Assembly: GCA_937992175.1 (NCBI GenBank)
Contig: CALKLF010000008.1
Location: 7,847-71,846 of the forward strand
Reading direction: 5' to 3'
DNA length: 64,000 nt
From: an uncultured Fimbriimonadales bacterium
GTDB lineage: Bacteria > Armatimonadota > Fimbriimonadia > Fimbriimonadales > GBS-DC
Each line of letters opens with the position of its first letter. The first letter of the stretch is position 1. The position numbers were made by a program, and so were the translations under genes. This document shows positions 1-10,478 of this stretch, one piece after another. The notes under the pieces are model-generated. The model searched no databases. It was not told where the DNA came from and was given only the letters and a program-made list of their open reading frames with translations.

Positions 1-1
1 T

Positions 2-2449
2 ATCGCAACTCAGAACGATTTGCCCGACGGTCCCAAAGCCTATGGGCGACCAGGCGACTATGTGTTGCGCAATCATCTGGCGACCTTCGTCATCGCGGGC
101 ATCCGCCCGACGCACGGCTACGGACGGTTTGGCGGCAGGCTGCTGGACGCTGTGCTGCACGAGAACGGGCGCCAGAGCGACTTTCTGGGCGAACTCTTTT
201 TCGGTATCGCTGACTCGCGTGGGCTATTCACTGCGCGCGCCTTACGCCCCGAACGAATTGAAATCGCCTCGCATGGCGGCGCGGGCAAACCCGCTGTGGT
301 GCGTGTGCAGATGGTCGATGAGCGGTTCCCCCTGATTGACCAGACGACGCGCATCCCAAGTCAGCCGATGGGCGTGGGCGTCATCGTCACCTACACTCTC
401 GAACCCGACAGTCCCACTCTGCTGATGGAGGCGACTCTTCAGAACCCAACTGACCGTCCGCAAACCTACACGCTTGTTCTGGGGTGGATTCAGGAAGACG
501 GGATGCAGATGTATATGCCTCCTTTTGGCAACGCGAAGGTGGCGCAGGGCGCAGCAGCGGGCGCAGGCGCGTTGGCGATGGTGCAGACCCTGCGCGGCGA
601 GATCCCTTACGCCGCCGCTGTGAACCATCGCCTCAGCTACGGGATGTACCCCCTCGGCGAACGGTTCCCGATGGTGCAGAAGGTGCAGGATATCTACCTG
701 CTCTACCTGCTGAGCAACGCGCCCGCCGAGCCGAACGGCAGCGTGAGCGTGCGCTGGGCGCTCACCGTCGGGCAGGGCGAGACGGAGATCATCCGCGCCG
801 AGCGCAATCGCCTGCTCGGTCTCAAACCGGATACCACGGTTGCATCGGGCGTCGTGCGCAATAGCGACGGCGCGCCGATTGAAAATGCCCGCGTCTATAT
901 CTTTCAGCCGAACGGCGAGCGCGAACAGTTCATCACCGTCGTGCGTACCGATTCGGCAGGGCGATTTCAGGAGCAGCTGCCTCGGGGCGACTATCGCGCG
1001 ATGGCGTTCGCCGACCATCACACCCCGCAGGAGTTCCGCTTCAGCGCGCCCGTGAGCGCGATGCCCACGGTAAGCCTGCCCGCGCCCGCGCAACTGCGCC
1101 TGCGCGCCACAGGCAGTGATAACCGCCCTGCGCCCACGACGGTCGTCTTCGAACGCCTCGACGCTCCCCGCGCGAAAGCCGAACGCCTGCTCTACGGCGA
1201 GGAAGGCAACTTCGGACGCTGGAACCGCGTCCACTTCAGCCTCACAGGCGACGAGACGCTGCCCGTCGAACCCGGACGCTACCGCATCACGCTGCTGCGC
1301 GGCTTTGAGTACGAGATTGCCCAGCGCGAGTTCGACCTGAAACCGGGCGAAACCGCCGAGTTCACCGCCCAGCTCGCCCACACTGCGCCCCTCAACGGCT
1401 ACCTGTCGGGCGACTACCACCTGCACACGCTCGCCTCCCCCGACTCGTATGACTTCTTCGAGGACAAAATCGCCTCCTATGTGGCGATGGATGTGCATAT
1501 CATGGTCAACACCGACCACGACTATCACGCCGACCTTGCGCCGACGGTGCAGGCGATGGGGTTGCGCAACCGAATCGCGACCCTCGTGGGCAACGAGATT
1601 ACGCCCCTGAACACGATGGGGCACTTCAACGCCTTCCCGCAACGCTACGACCCGAACGCATGGAACAACGGCGCGATCGAGTGGCACGACAAAAAAGCGG
1701 GCGAGATTTTCGCCGCCGCACGCAAGAACTATCACCGCGACTCGATTGTGATGATCAACCACCCGCGTGCGCCCACGATGGGCTACTTCCTGCACATCGG
1801 CTTGGATCCCAAAACGGGCGAAATTAAGCGTCCCGAGGAGTTCAGCGACGACTTCGACGCCATCGAGGTAATGAACGGCATGAGCGTCGCCGCCGCGGAA
1901 GCCGTGATGCAGGACTGGTTCTACTTCCTGAATCGGGGCAAGCGCGTGCTGGGCATCGGCACGACTGACAGCCACCACAGCTTCCGCCTGCAGCCCGGTC
2001 TGCCGCGCACCTATGTCTATTTCGGGCATCGCAACCCCGCCCGCGTGACGCCCGACAATCTGGTCGCCCAGCTGCGCAAGGGCGATGTGGTGGTCTGCAG
2101 CGGTCCCGTGCTGACGCTGACCGCCGCCGACGCCCGCAACCCGCGCCGCTCGGTACGCATCGGCGACACGCTGAAGCTGCAGGGCGACGCGATTCAGCTC
2201 AACATCGAGGCGCGCGCGGCGTCATGGGTGCGCGTGAAGTCGCTGCAGGTGATTGTGAACGGACAGGTCGCGTTGGAGCAGCCGCTGAACCAGCCCGACG
2301 GTAAGCCGCTGGACTATAAGGCGACGCTGACTGTGCCCGTGCAGGGCGAGAAAGGCTGGCTGATTGTACGCATCGTGGGCGACAAGTTCACCGCGCTGCT
2401 GCCCGACGCGCCGATGGCGTTCACGAACCCGGTCTACTATGAGCGATAG
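2..2449 (+). CDS. CehA/McbA-family PHP-type metallohydrolase with carboxypeptidase-regulatory-like domain (5' end probably outside window)
   Basis: GDYHLHT, TDHD, GNEIT, GHFN, INHP and GTTDSH metal-binding motifs; SGVVRNSDGAPIENARV CarboxypepD_reg-like segment; frame is open to the window edge. Confidence 0.75.
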   Translation: MATQNDLPDGPKAYGRPGDYVLRNHLATFVIAGIRPTHGYGRFGGRLLDAVLHENGRQSDFLGELFFGIADSRGLFTARALRPERIEIASHGGAGKPAVVRVQMVDERFPLIDQTTRIPSQPMGVGVIVTYTLEPDSPTLLMEATLQNPTDRPQTYTLVLGWIQEDGMQMYMPPFGNAKVAQGAAAGAGALAMVQTLRGEIPYAAAVNHRLSYGMYPLGERFPMVQKVQDIYLLYLLSNAPAEPNGSVSVRWALTVGQGETEIIRAERNRLLGLKPDTTVASGVVRNSDGAPIENARVYIFQPNGEREQFITVVRTDSAGRFQEQLPRGDYRAMAFADHHTPQEFRFSAPVSAMPTVSLPAPAQLRLRATGSDNRPAPTTVVFERLDAPRAKAERLLYGEEGNFGRWNRVHFSLTGDETLPVEPGRYRITLLRGFEYEIAQREFDLKPGETAEFTAQLAHTAPLNGYLSGDYHLHTLASPDSYDFFEDKIASYVAMDVHIMVNTDHDYHADLAPTVQAMGLRNRIATLVGNEITPLNTMGHFNAFPQRYDPNAWNNGAIEWHDKKAGEIFAAARKNYHRDSIVMINHPRAPTMGYFLHIGLDPKTGEIKRPEEFSDDFDAIEVMNGMSVAAAEAVMQDWFYFLNRGKRVLGIGTTDSHHSFRLQPGLPRTYVYFGHRNPARVTPDNLVAQLRKGDVVVCSGPVLTLTAADARNPRRSVRIGDTLKLQGDAIQLNIEARAASWVRVKSLQVIVNGQVALEQPLNQPDGKPLDYKATLTVPVQGEKGWLIVRIVGDKFTALLPDAPMAFTNPVYYER

Positions 2450-2473
2450 GGCAGGGGGTACAATCTACCCCCA

Positions 2474-4474
2474 GTGAACCCCATCGTTCTCGGTGTCGAC
2501 ACGGGCGGCACTTTCACGGATTTTGTGCTGTGGCGTGAAGGGCGACTGCGCTTGCTGAAGTTGCCCTCCACGCCTCACGCCCCTGAACAGGCGATTCTAG
2601 AGGGCGTTCGGCGGCTGCTGCCCGAACCGCCCCCACAGGGTTTCACCTTGCTGCAAGGCACGACCGTCGGCACGAACCGCATTCTGGAGCGCAAAGGCGC
2701 ACGCACGGCGTTTTTAACCTCCGAGGGCTTTCGCGATTTGCTCTTTCTGGCGCGGCAGGATCGGCAACAGCTCTATTCACTGAAGCCGACGCCGCGCCCA
2801 TGTTTGGCGGAGCGCGCCCTCTGCGCTGAAGTTCCCGAACGCCTCGCCTACGACGGCACGGTGCTGCGCCCGCTGGATGTGAGCGGGCTGAATCGGCTGA
2901 TTCGTCGCTGGAAACGCGAGGGCGTGGAAGCGGTTGCGGTCTGCCTGTTGTTTGCCTACGCGAACCCTGCCCACGAGCGCGCGTTGAAACGCCTGCTGGC
3001 GCCGCATTTTGCTGTGTCGCTCTCCAGCGAGGTTGCGCCGGAGTTCCGCGAGTACGAACGCGCCAGCACCACCTTTTTGAACGCCTATCTGACCCCGCCG
3101 ATGACGCGCTATCTGGAGTCGCTGCAGCGCGAGGCGCGTGGGGCGGGCGCGCTCCGTGTGCTGCTGAGCCACTCCGCTGGGGGGCTGATGGACCTCGGAC
3201 GCGCCTGCGCGCATCCCGTCAGCACGATTCTGTCGGGCCCTGCGGCAGGTGTGATGGGTGCGTGGGCGGTCGGGCGCGGCGTCGGTGCGCACCGACTGCT
3301 CACCCTCGACATCGGCGGCACTTCGACCGATATGGCGCTCATCGACCGTGAGCCGTTGCGCACGCCGCTCGGCGAGATCGAGGGTATGCCGTTGCGCTTG
3401 CCCCGCCTCGATGTGCATACGATTGGCGCGGGCGGCGGCTCCATCGCGCGATTGGACGCAGTAGGTGGCTTGCGCGTCGGACCCGAAAGCGCTGGCGCAG
3501 ACCCCGGTCCCGCCGCCTATGGCAGGGGCGAGCAACCTACGCTCACCGACGCGCACCTGACGCTGGGGCATCTGCTCCCGCAGACTTTCGGCTTCGGAAA
3601 TGTCACGATAGACCCCGACCTGTCGGCAAAGGCGATTGAGCCGCTGGCGCGCGCGCTCGGTCTGTCGCTGCAGGAGGCGGCGGAGGCAATTCTGGAGCAG
3701 GCGCGGGCGAAGATGGCGCGCGGCTTGCGCCGTATCTCGGCAGGGCGCGGCGTCAGCCCCGAAAGCTGTACCCTGATTGCCTTCGGGGGCGCGGGGGGCT
3801 TACATCTGTGCGCGCTGGCGCGCATGCTCGGCATTCGCCAGTGGATTGCGCCTCCCTATCCTGGTGTGCTGTCAGCGTATGGACTGCTGTGGATGGATTG
3901 TGTGCATGAGGCGCGGCGCACTCTCCTGACACCCCTGCCCGAAACGTCCACCCGCCATCTGGAAGGGGCGTTGCTCGAACTGCGCGCTGAGTGCGAGGCG
4001 GCGATGCGGCAGATGGGCGCTCCCGTCGGCGGTTATGAGTTGCATACCTTCGCCGACCTGCGCTACGAAGGGCAGTCCTATGAACTCACCGTCCCCTTCG
4101 AGCCAGAGCGTCCCATGCAGGCGCGTCGGGCGTTCGAGCAGCTCCATCAGACGCGCTACGGATTCGCCATGCCCGACCGCCCCGTCGAGCTGGCGACCCT
4201 GCGCGTGCGCGCGGTTGCGCTGAACCCCAAGCCTGCGGGCGCATGCTGGGAGCCGCCCACGAACTATCTGTCCGACCTGCCCGCCACCACCTCGCTCTGG
4301 CTCGGCGATAAAGCGACAACTGTCCCCGTCCTCTCGCGCGAAGTGCTGCAACCCGACATGCCCATCCCTGCCCCCGCGCTGATTGTGCAGCCCGACTCGA
4401 CCCTGCTCATTGAACCGGGCTGGCAGGCCTATCTGGATTCACGCACAGGCGCGTTAATCGGGCGAAGTTTATAA
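2474..4474 (+). CDS. Hydantoinase/oxoprolinase family protein, A subunit
   Basis: GVDTGGTFTD, GTTVGTN, SGPAAG, DIGGTSTD, VGPESAGADPGPAAY, FGGAGGLH motifs. Confidence 0.92.
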   Translation: MNPIVLGVDTGGTFTDFVLWREGRLRLLKLPSTPHAPEQAILEGVRRLLPEPPPQGFTLLQGTTVGTNRILERKGARTAFLTSEGFRDLLFLARQDRQQLYSLKPTPRPCLAERALCAEVPERLAYDGTVLRPLDVSGLNRLIRRWKREGVEAVAVCLLFAYANPAHERALKRLLAPHFAVSLSSEVAPEFREYERASTTFLNAYLTPPMTRYLESLQREARGAGALRVLLSHSAGGLMDLGRACAHPVSTILSGPAAGVMGAWAVGRGVGAHRLLTLDIGGTSTDMALIDREPLRTPLGEIEGMPLRLPRLDVHTIGAGGGSIARLDAVGGLRVGPESAGADPGPAAYGRGEQPTLTDAHLTLGHLLPQTFGFGNVTIDPDLSAKAIEPLARALGLSLQEAAEAILEQARAKMARGLRRISAGRGVSPESCTLIAFGGAGGLHLCALARMLGIRQWIAPPYPGVLSAYGLLWMDCVHEARRTLLTPLPETSTRHLEGALLELRAECEAAMRQMGAPVGGYELHTFADLRYEGQSYELTVPFEPERPMQARRAFEQLHQTRYGFAMPDRPVELATLRVRAVALNPKPAGACWEPPTNYLSDLPATTSLWLGDKATTVPVLSREVLQPDMPIPAPALIVQPDSTLLIEPGWQAYLDSRTGALIGRSL

Positions 4475-4512
4475 CAGGAACAGTTTTTACCTGCGCGAAT
4501 ACTTGACATGCC

Positions 4513-5529
4513 GTGCAGGAGCCTAAAGAGGTTCGAGTAGATTACGACAGCCCGTGGAAGGAGTTCATTACGGTCTTCTTCCGCTGGCTGATTAAGCTGG
4601 TGCTGCCAGAGCTACACGAGCTTATCAACTGGTCGCGTAAGCCGCAGTTTCTGGACAACGAGCTGCGTAAGCTTTCGCCGCAGAGTGAGACGGGTCGTCT
4701 CTACACCGATCGTCTGGTCAAGGTCTGGCTCAAAAACGGCGAGACGCGCGCGATTCTGGTGCATGTCGAGGCGCAGAATCAACCGATAGCTAACCTGCCT
4801 GAGCGCATTTACACTTACCACGCCCGAATCTGGCTGGAACTGCGCCTGGACATCGTGAGCATCGTGATTCTCGGAGACAAAAACCCGAACTGGCGTCCCA
4901 ACCGCTACCTTCGCGAACTGCCCGGCACGCGACTCGACTTCCAGTTTCACACGGTGAAGCTGCTCGCGATGGATGAGAACTTCTTGCTGCGCGAGGCTCA
5001 AAAGCGGAACCCTGCAGCGCTGATGCTTTTGGCGTTTCGCCGCACGATGGAGACGGAAAACGATATGGAAATGCGCTTTGAGGCGCGCAAACAACTCATC
5101 GCGCTGATAGTGGAGTATAGGTATAATAAAGAACATCGGGCGCATATTCTGCGTCTGCTGGAGTGGGTGATGACATTGCCAGAGACACTGGAGCAGCAGG
5201 TTGAGGAATTTGTGGAGCAATACAAGCGCGAGCGGAAGACAACCTTTGTCTCTCGTTTCGAGCGGCGCATGATAGAGCAGGGGCTTCAACAGGGGCTTCA
5301 ACAGGGGCTTCAACAAGGGTTAGAACAGGGAATCGAGAGTTCTATCATGCGCGTCCTGCTCCATCGTTTCGGAGAGGAAGCAAAAACACTGAAGCAGGCC
5401 GTCGCCGCAATTGAGTCGATAGTGATTCTGGAGCAGTTGCTTGATGCCGCGCTCGACGCGCCTACTCTGAAGGCATTTGCTGAAACGCTTGAGCGCTATC
5501 GTGCGGCAGATGGCGAGTCGCGCGAATGA
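4513..5529 (+). CDS. Rpn-like / PD-(D/E)XK putative transposase-nuclease family protein
   Basis: DYDSPWKE N-terminus, D-R-L-V...HVEAQ nuclease motif, C-terminal (QQGL)n repeat; paralogue at 37075-38097. Confidence 0.8.
   Translation: MQEPKEVRVDYDSPWKEFITVFFRWLIKLVLPELHELINWSRKPQFLDNELRKLSPQSETGRLYTDRLVKVWLKNGETRAILVHVEAQNQPIANLPERIYTYHARIWLELRLDIVSIVILGDKNPNWRPNRYLRELPGTRLDFQFHTVKLLAMDENFLLREAQKRNPAALMLLAFRRTMETENDMEMRFEARKQLIALIVEYRYNKEHRAHILRLLEWVMTLPETLEQQVEEFVEQYKRERKTTFVSRFERRMIEQGLQQGLQQGLQQGLEQGIESSIMRVLLHRFGEEAKTLKQAVAAIESIVILEQLLDAALDAPTLKAFAETLERYRAADGESRE
5278..5330 (+). repeat. 12-bp coding tandem repeat (CAGGGGCTTCAA)n encoding QQGL
   Basis: Three near-perfect copies plus one degenerate copy, read directly from the sequence. 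Confidence 0.9.
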
Positions 5530-7943
5530 CCCTTGCAGAGGTTTTACTGTTGACCGGGGGCGTGCTGGCGTACCAGGCGCTTTCTTACGCTGTTCCTGAG
5601 TCGCTTCGTACCGCTCTCTCGGCAGGCGCAGGCGTACTGGTTCCCCTGCAGAATCGCCTCGCGCTGGGGCTGGTGTTGCGAATCCGTGAGGAAGATAATC
5701 CCGAAGCGCTGGGCTATTCCCTCAGACCGATTGAGGCCGTGCTGAGCCAGCCCCTGCTGGACGAGTTACTCCTGAACCTGATGCGCCTGATGGAGCGCGC
5801 GCTGCTTTGCTCGTCAGCGGAGGCGGCGCAAACAGTGTTGCCTGCGGGCGTCCGCTATCGTCTGCGCGCCGTGATTGAGTTGGTGGAGCCGTTGCCGTCG
5901 CTGCGTTCGCCCGCGCAGCGGATGACGGCGGAGGCAATTCAACGGCACGGGGGGCGCGTCAGCCTCGCCGTTCTCAAGCGGGAACTTGCCGCCGCCATCT
6001 GGCAGCCAGGGCTGCGCGGGCTGCGCGAGAAGAGGCGTGTGCGCACGAGTTATGAGCTGGAGCCGCCCCCCTCTCCTGCTCGCCCTGCGGCGTTCATCGA
6101 GCTGACGGCGACGCCCGACGCGCTGGACGCCTTCTTTGCGAGCGAAGCAGCGCGCGCGCCCGCTCAAGCTGCGCTGCTGATGCACCTGTTGGAGCATCCT
6201 GAAGGCAGATTGCCGCGCGCTGCGCTGCTGCAAGGGACAGGCATTAGCCAGCAGTCGCTGCGCGCGCTGGAATCGCGCGGACTGGTGCGCACAGCGCGTG
6301 CGGATGAAGAGCCTGTCGTTGTGCCCAGCCCGCCCCCCACGCTCACGCCTGCCCAGCAGCGCGCCGTCGACGCCCTCAACGATGTTCTGAGAGCGGGCAG
6401 GCATGCAGTGTTCCTGCTCTACGGCGTTACGGGTAGTGGGAAGACGGAGGTCTACTTGCGCGCCGCCGCCGAATGTCTGCGTGTAGGACGCGGCGTGCTG
6501 ATTCTCGTGCCCGAAATCGCGCTCACTGCGCAGGTCAGTCAGGCGTTTCGCGAGCGGTTCGGCGCGAGCGTTGCCGTGTGGCATAGCCTGCTCAGCCCCG
6601 CAGAACGCTACACGCAGTGGCTGCGCATCCAGCGCGGGGACACCCCCATCGTGGTCGGCGCGCGGTCGGCTCTCTTCGCCCCGATGCCGACTCTCGGACT
6701 GATTATCGTGGACGAAGAACATGAGACCTCCTACAAGCAAGCGCATGCGCCCGCCTACCATGCCCGCACGCTCGCAGAGGCGCGCGCTCACGACGCCAAC
6801 GCCGTGTTGCTGCTCGGCTCCGCCACGCCCGCGCTGGAGACCTTCCATCGCGCCGAGCAGGGACTGCTCCAGCGGCTGGATTTGCCAGAGCGCGTCGGCG
6901 GAGCGCGACTGCCCGAAACCCAGCTCATCGACCTGCGCGGCAAGCGGTTCCAGCCCATCAGTTCTGAACTGCTCGACGCGCTCAAAGGGACCCTCGCGCG
7001 CGGGGAGCAGGCGATTCTGTTCCTGAACCGCCGTGGGTTCGCGCCGATGTTGCTCTGTCGGGAGTGCGGGTATACGCCAATGTGCCCAAACTGCTCGGTG
7101 GCGCTGGTGTATCACCGCGGCGCGACACCGTTTATGCTCTGCCATCACTGTGGGCATCGGCAGACGCCGCCGAGAGTCTGCCCGCAGTGTGGTGGACTGG
7201 AAATCCATCCCTTCGGCGTGGGAGCGCAGCGCGTGGAAGCAACGCTGCAGCAACTCTTGCCCGATGTACGCACCGCGCGCCTCGATCGAGATGCCTTCCA
7301 GCGGCGGGGGCAATATTTGCAGATTCTGGCCGATTTCCGCGCGGGGAATTTGCAGGTGCTGGTCGGTACGCAGATGGCGGCGCGGGGGCTGGATTTTCCG
7401 CATGTGACCCTCGTCGGGGTGATTAGCGCGGACATGGGGCTTTATCTGCCCGATTTTCGCGCCAGCGAGCGAGTGTTTCAACTGCTCATGCAGGTCATCG
7501 GGCGGGCGGGCAGGCGCGAGAAGCCTGGACGCGCCCTGATTCAGACCTACAACCCCGACCATCCCGCTGTGCAGCATGCCATGAACCAGGATTATGACGC
7601 CTTTTATCGGCAGGAGCTGGAGCTACGCCGCGAGGTGGGATATCCGCCGTTTGTGCGGTTGGTGAACCTGCTGAGTGTGGACGCCAGCGCGCCTGCCGCC
7701 GAACGCCCCTTGAAGCTGCTTGCCGAGACGCTCGAGCCACAGATTGGCGATGCGCTTCTGCAGATGCTTGGTCCCGCCCCGGCACCGCTGGAACGGTTGG
7801 AGAATCGCTATCGATATCATCTGCTGTTGAAATTCGCGCCTGACGCCGAACCTGCCGAGATTCTCGCGCCTGCGCTGGAGCGGCTCGCGCCTGCCGACCG
7901 CGCCCGCGTGAAGGTGGATATCGACCCGATGCAGCTGTTGTAA
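5526..7943 (+). CDS. priA: Primosomal protein N' (replication restart helicase)
   Basis: GVTGSGKTEVY, VPEIALT, DEEHE, four CxxC pairs, QVIGRAGR, VDIDP C-terminus. Confidence 0.97.
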   Translation: MTLAEVLLLTGGVLAYQALSYAVPESLRTALSAGAGVLVPLQNRLALGLVLRIREEDNPEALGYSLRPIEAVLSQPLLDELLLNLMRLMERALLCSSAEAAQTVLPAGVRYRLRAVIELVEPLPSLRSPAQRMTAEAIQRHGGRVSLAVLKRELAAAIWQPGLRGLREKRRVRTSYELEPPPSPARPAAFIELTATPDALDAFFASEAARAPAQAALLMHLLEHPEGRLPRAALLQGTGISQQSLRALESRGLVRTARADEEPVVVPSPPPTLTPAQQRAVDALNDVLRAGRHAVFLLYGVTGSGKTEVYLRAAAECLRVGRGVLILVPEIALTAQVSQAFRERFGASVAVWHSLLSPAERYTQWLRIQRGDTPIVVGARSALFAPMPTLGLIIVDEEHETSYKQAHAPAYHARTLAEARAHDANAVLLLGSATPALETFHRAEQGLLQRLDLPERVGGARLPETQLIDLRGKRFQPISSELLDALKGTLARGEQAILFLNRRGFAPMLLCRECGYTPMCPNCSVALVYHRGATPFMLCHHCGHRQTPPRVCPQCGGLEIHPFGVGAQRVEATLQQLLPDVRTARLDRDAFQRRGQYLQILADFRAGNLQVLVGTQMAARGLDFPHVTLVGVISADMGLYLPDFRASERVFQLLMQVIGRAGRREKPGRALIQTYNPDHPAVQHAMNQDYDAFYRQELELRREVGYPPFVRLVNLLSVDASAPAAERPLKLLAETLEPQIGDALLQMLGPAPAPLERLENRYRYHLLLKFAPDAEPAEILAPALERLAPADRARVKVDIDPMQLL

Positions 7944-7958
7944 TTGGGCTACGCGCTG

Positions 7959-9143
7959 CTACTTACCCCAGTGCAGGATGGTCTGCAATACGCCCTCGCC
8001 GCAGAGGTAGAAGTTGCGCAGGATCAGTCGCTCCTGCGGGGTGTGGATACGGTCGGCGCCTGTGGGGAACACGAGGCACCGAATCCCCTTCAACGCGAAG
8101 GCGTTCGCGTCGGAGCCGCCTCCTGTGCGCTCCAGCCGAGGCTCGATTCCGACCGTTTTCAGCCCCGCTATCGCCGCCCGCACGATGGGCGCGTCGGGCG
8201 CGAGGCGAATCGCCTCAAAAGTCTGGCTGAAGTTGACCTCTACTTTGCCTTCGCTCTCCTGCGCTACCTGCTCACAGACGGCTTTCCACCGCTGGGTGAG
8301 GGCTTTCACGCGTTCAGAATCGAAACTGCGGAACTCACCCACCAGCTTCACGCGGTCGGGCACGACATTCATCGCCTGTCCACCCTCGATGATGCCGATG
8401 TTTGCGGTGGTCTCCTCGTCGAGCCTGCCCCACTGCATTTGGGCGATGGCTTTCGCCGCCATCGCGATGGCGTTCCTGCCCTTCTCAGGCTCCGCGCCCG
8501 CATGCGCCGCCTTGCCATGAAACACCACCTCGAACTTCCAATGCGTGGGCGACTGCACAAACAGTGCGCTGGGGTCTTCCCGCCCGTCCACCACCAGTCC
8601 TGTTCGGGCTTTGAGCAGGCTCGTGTCGAACGCCTTCGCGCCCAGCAGACCCTTCTCCTCGCGAATGGTGAACACCACCTCCAGCGGCGGATGGGGCAGG
8701 TTGCGCTCCTTGAGCGTGCGAATCACCTCCAGAATAATCGCCACGCCCGCTTTGTTGTCCGCGCCCAGAATTGTGCTGCCGTCCGTGCGGATTTCGTTCT
8801 CGTCGCGGACAATCTGGATGTTCTGAGTGGAGTAGACGGTATCCACATGGGCGTTGAGCAGCAGTGGCGGCGCGTTTACCGTGCCTTTGAATCGCGCGAA
8901 TACATTCCCGCCTGAGCCGCCGATTTGCTTGCTCGCCTCGTCGATGATGACGGTCTCCGCACCGAGTTCGCGCAGCTGCTTCGCCACGAACTCACATATC
9001 ACCGCCTCGTTCTCGGAGCCGCTCTCGATACGCGCCATTTCGATAAACAGCGCGGTCATCCGCCCGTAGTTGAGTAAGGGCTGATAATCGTTCGCCCACG
9101 CAAGGCACCAGAGCAACCCGACCAGCAGACTCAGGCGTTTCAT
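7959..9143 (-). CDS. Secreted M20/M25/M40 (peptidase T-like) metallopeptidase
   Basis: Signal peptide MKRLSLL..., AHVDTV, GADNKAG, EE, GGGSDAN, IHTPQE; start placed at ATG 9143 just downstream of a TATAAT box. Confidence 0.88.
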   Translation of the reverse strand: MKRLSLLVGLLWCLAWANDYQPLLNYGRMTALFIEMARIESGSENEAVICEFVAKQLRELGAETVIIDEASKQIGGSGGNVFARFKGTVNAPPLLLNAHVDTVYSTQNIQIVRDENEIRTDGSTILGADNKAGVAIILEVIRTLKERNLPHPPLEVVFTIREEKGLLGAKAFDTSLLKARTGLVVDGREDPSALFVQSPTHWKFEVVFHGKAAHAGAEPEKGRNAIAMAAKAIAQMQWGRLDEETTANIGIIEGGQAMNVVPDRVKLVGEFRSFDSERVKALTQRWKAVCEQVAQESEGKVEVNFSQTFEAIRLAPDAPIVRAAIAGLKTVGIEPRLERTGGGSDANAFALKGIRCLVFPTGADRIHTPQERLILRNFYLCGEGVLQTILHWGK

Positions 9144-9210
9144 AGCGCGCCAATTATACCGAGCGGAGAGAACGGCAGGAATCGGGCATGTCCTATCGAA
9201 TCGCGCTGTT

Positions 9211-10203
9211 ATGCACCTGATTATTCGGTGTTCGGCGCCAGGGCGCGCGGGGCTGATTGGCAACCCCAGCGACATGTATGGGGGCACGGTGATTTCCTGC
9301 GCTGTACCGCTGCGGGCGCGTTGCACGCTGGAGCCAGCGGCGCGCCTCACTTTCCAGTCGCGTGAGCGGCTGCTTGCGCCCGAGACGCTGGAGTTGCAGT
9401 CCGATGAGTTCGATGTCTGTTGTGTCGCGCTGCAGGGGCTGGGCTTCACGGTGGAGAGCGCGCCGTTCATGGTGCGCATTGAGACCGACATCCCCGCGCA
9501 GTCGGGGCTGGCAGGGTCGTCTGCGCTGTTGACAGCGATTACGGCGTGCTTGCTAAGCTATCGGAAAGAGGAATGGGGGACGCGCCACCAGATCGCGGAG
9601 CGCGTGCGCCGAATCGAGGCGCAACTGCTGCAGGTCGCCTGTGGGTATCAGGATTTCTATATGGCGGCGTTTGGGGGGCTGAACCTGATGGACTTTCGCG
9701 ACAAGGAGCTGCTGGGCAAAGATCCCACCGAGCCGCTGGCGTGCGTCGAGCCGTTGCAGGGCTATCTGCAGGGCGTCGCGCTCCCGCTCTGGCTGGCGAC
9801 GACAGGGGGCAAGCGGTTTTCAGGGGCAGTGCATGCGAATCTGCGCGCCCGCTGGGAATCGGGCGAGGCAGCGGTCGTAGAAGGCATGGCGCGCCTCGGC
9901 AGGCTCGCCCGCGAGGCGAAAACCGCGCTGCTCACGCGCGATTGGAAACAGCTCGCCTACCTGATGAACGAAAACTACGCAATTATTCGGGAGCTGGGAT
10001 GCAGCGGCGAGACACTCGACCAGCTCGTACAGGTCGCGCTGGAGAACGGCGCGCTGGGCGCGAAGCTCGCAGGCGCGGGCGGCGCGGGGGGAACGATTAT
10101 CTTCCTCACGCTCCACCCCGAACGCACGCTGCCCGCGCTGCGCGAGGTCGCCGAGAGAATCATCCCCCTCGCGCCCAACGCGCCGGGGGTGAGTATGGGA
10201 TAG
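9211..10203 (+). CDS. GHMP family sugar kinase (glucuronokinase-like)
   Basis: PGRAGLIGNPSD, IPAQSGLAGSSA ATP-binding loop, GYQD, GAKLAGAGG. Confidence 0.85.
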   Translation: MHLIIRCSAPGRAGLIGNPSDMYGGTVISCAVPLRARCTLEPAARLTFQSRERLLAPETLELQSDEFDVCCVALQGLGFTVESAPFMVRIETDIPAQSGLAGSSALLTAITACLLSYRKEEWGTRHQIAERVRRIEAQLLQVACGYQDFYMAAFGGLNLMDFRDKELLGKDPTEPLACVEPLQGYLQGVALPLWLATTGGKRFSGAVHANLRARWESGEAAVVEGMARLGRLAREAKTALLTRDWKQLAYLMNENYAIIRELGCSGETLDQLVQVALENGALGAKLAGAGGAGGTIIFLTLHPERTLPALREVAERIIPLAPNAPGVSMG

Positions 10204-10270
10204 ACGGAACGCTTTCTCCTGTGTTCGTCGTCTCCCGCCGCCTCCCGCCTGCCTTTCCAGCGGCATGGAG

Positions 10271-10470
10271 CTAGCGGGTCCTGAGCAGTGTAGCGCGGCA
10301 CCGCGCCGACGGCTTCAACGCCCTGCCCACCTTCCGATTTGGGATAGGCGGACTCAGGCACGCCGCTCTGGTTCACGCCCCCGCCGCTGTCGCCGAAGGT
10401 GAACCAGATCGCTACCGCCACGGCAATCACCAGTCCAATCGCCACCGGTTTCGAGACTTCTATTGCGCAT
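10271..10470 (-). pseudogene. Frameshifted small single-TM protein, partner of the DUF1559 gene
   Basis: ATG at 10470 is one nt out of frame with EVSKPVAIGLVIAVAVAIWF; resembles the intact small gene at 23285; no nearby in-frame stop. Confidence 0.5.
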
Positions 10471-10478
10471 CACCGCCC

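Noticed and set aside
242-2029. Long antisense ORFs (e.g. 242-2029, 5814-7577, 23640-25109, 38104-39393, 59233-60549, 60688-62187)
   Set aside because: They are shadows of well-supported genes in high-GC DNA and carry no recognisable motifs.
9144-9491. Upstream extension of the M20 peptidase ORF
   Set aside because: It overlaps the divergent kinase; the signal peptide and -10 box indicate a start at 9143.
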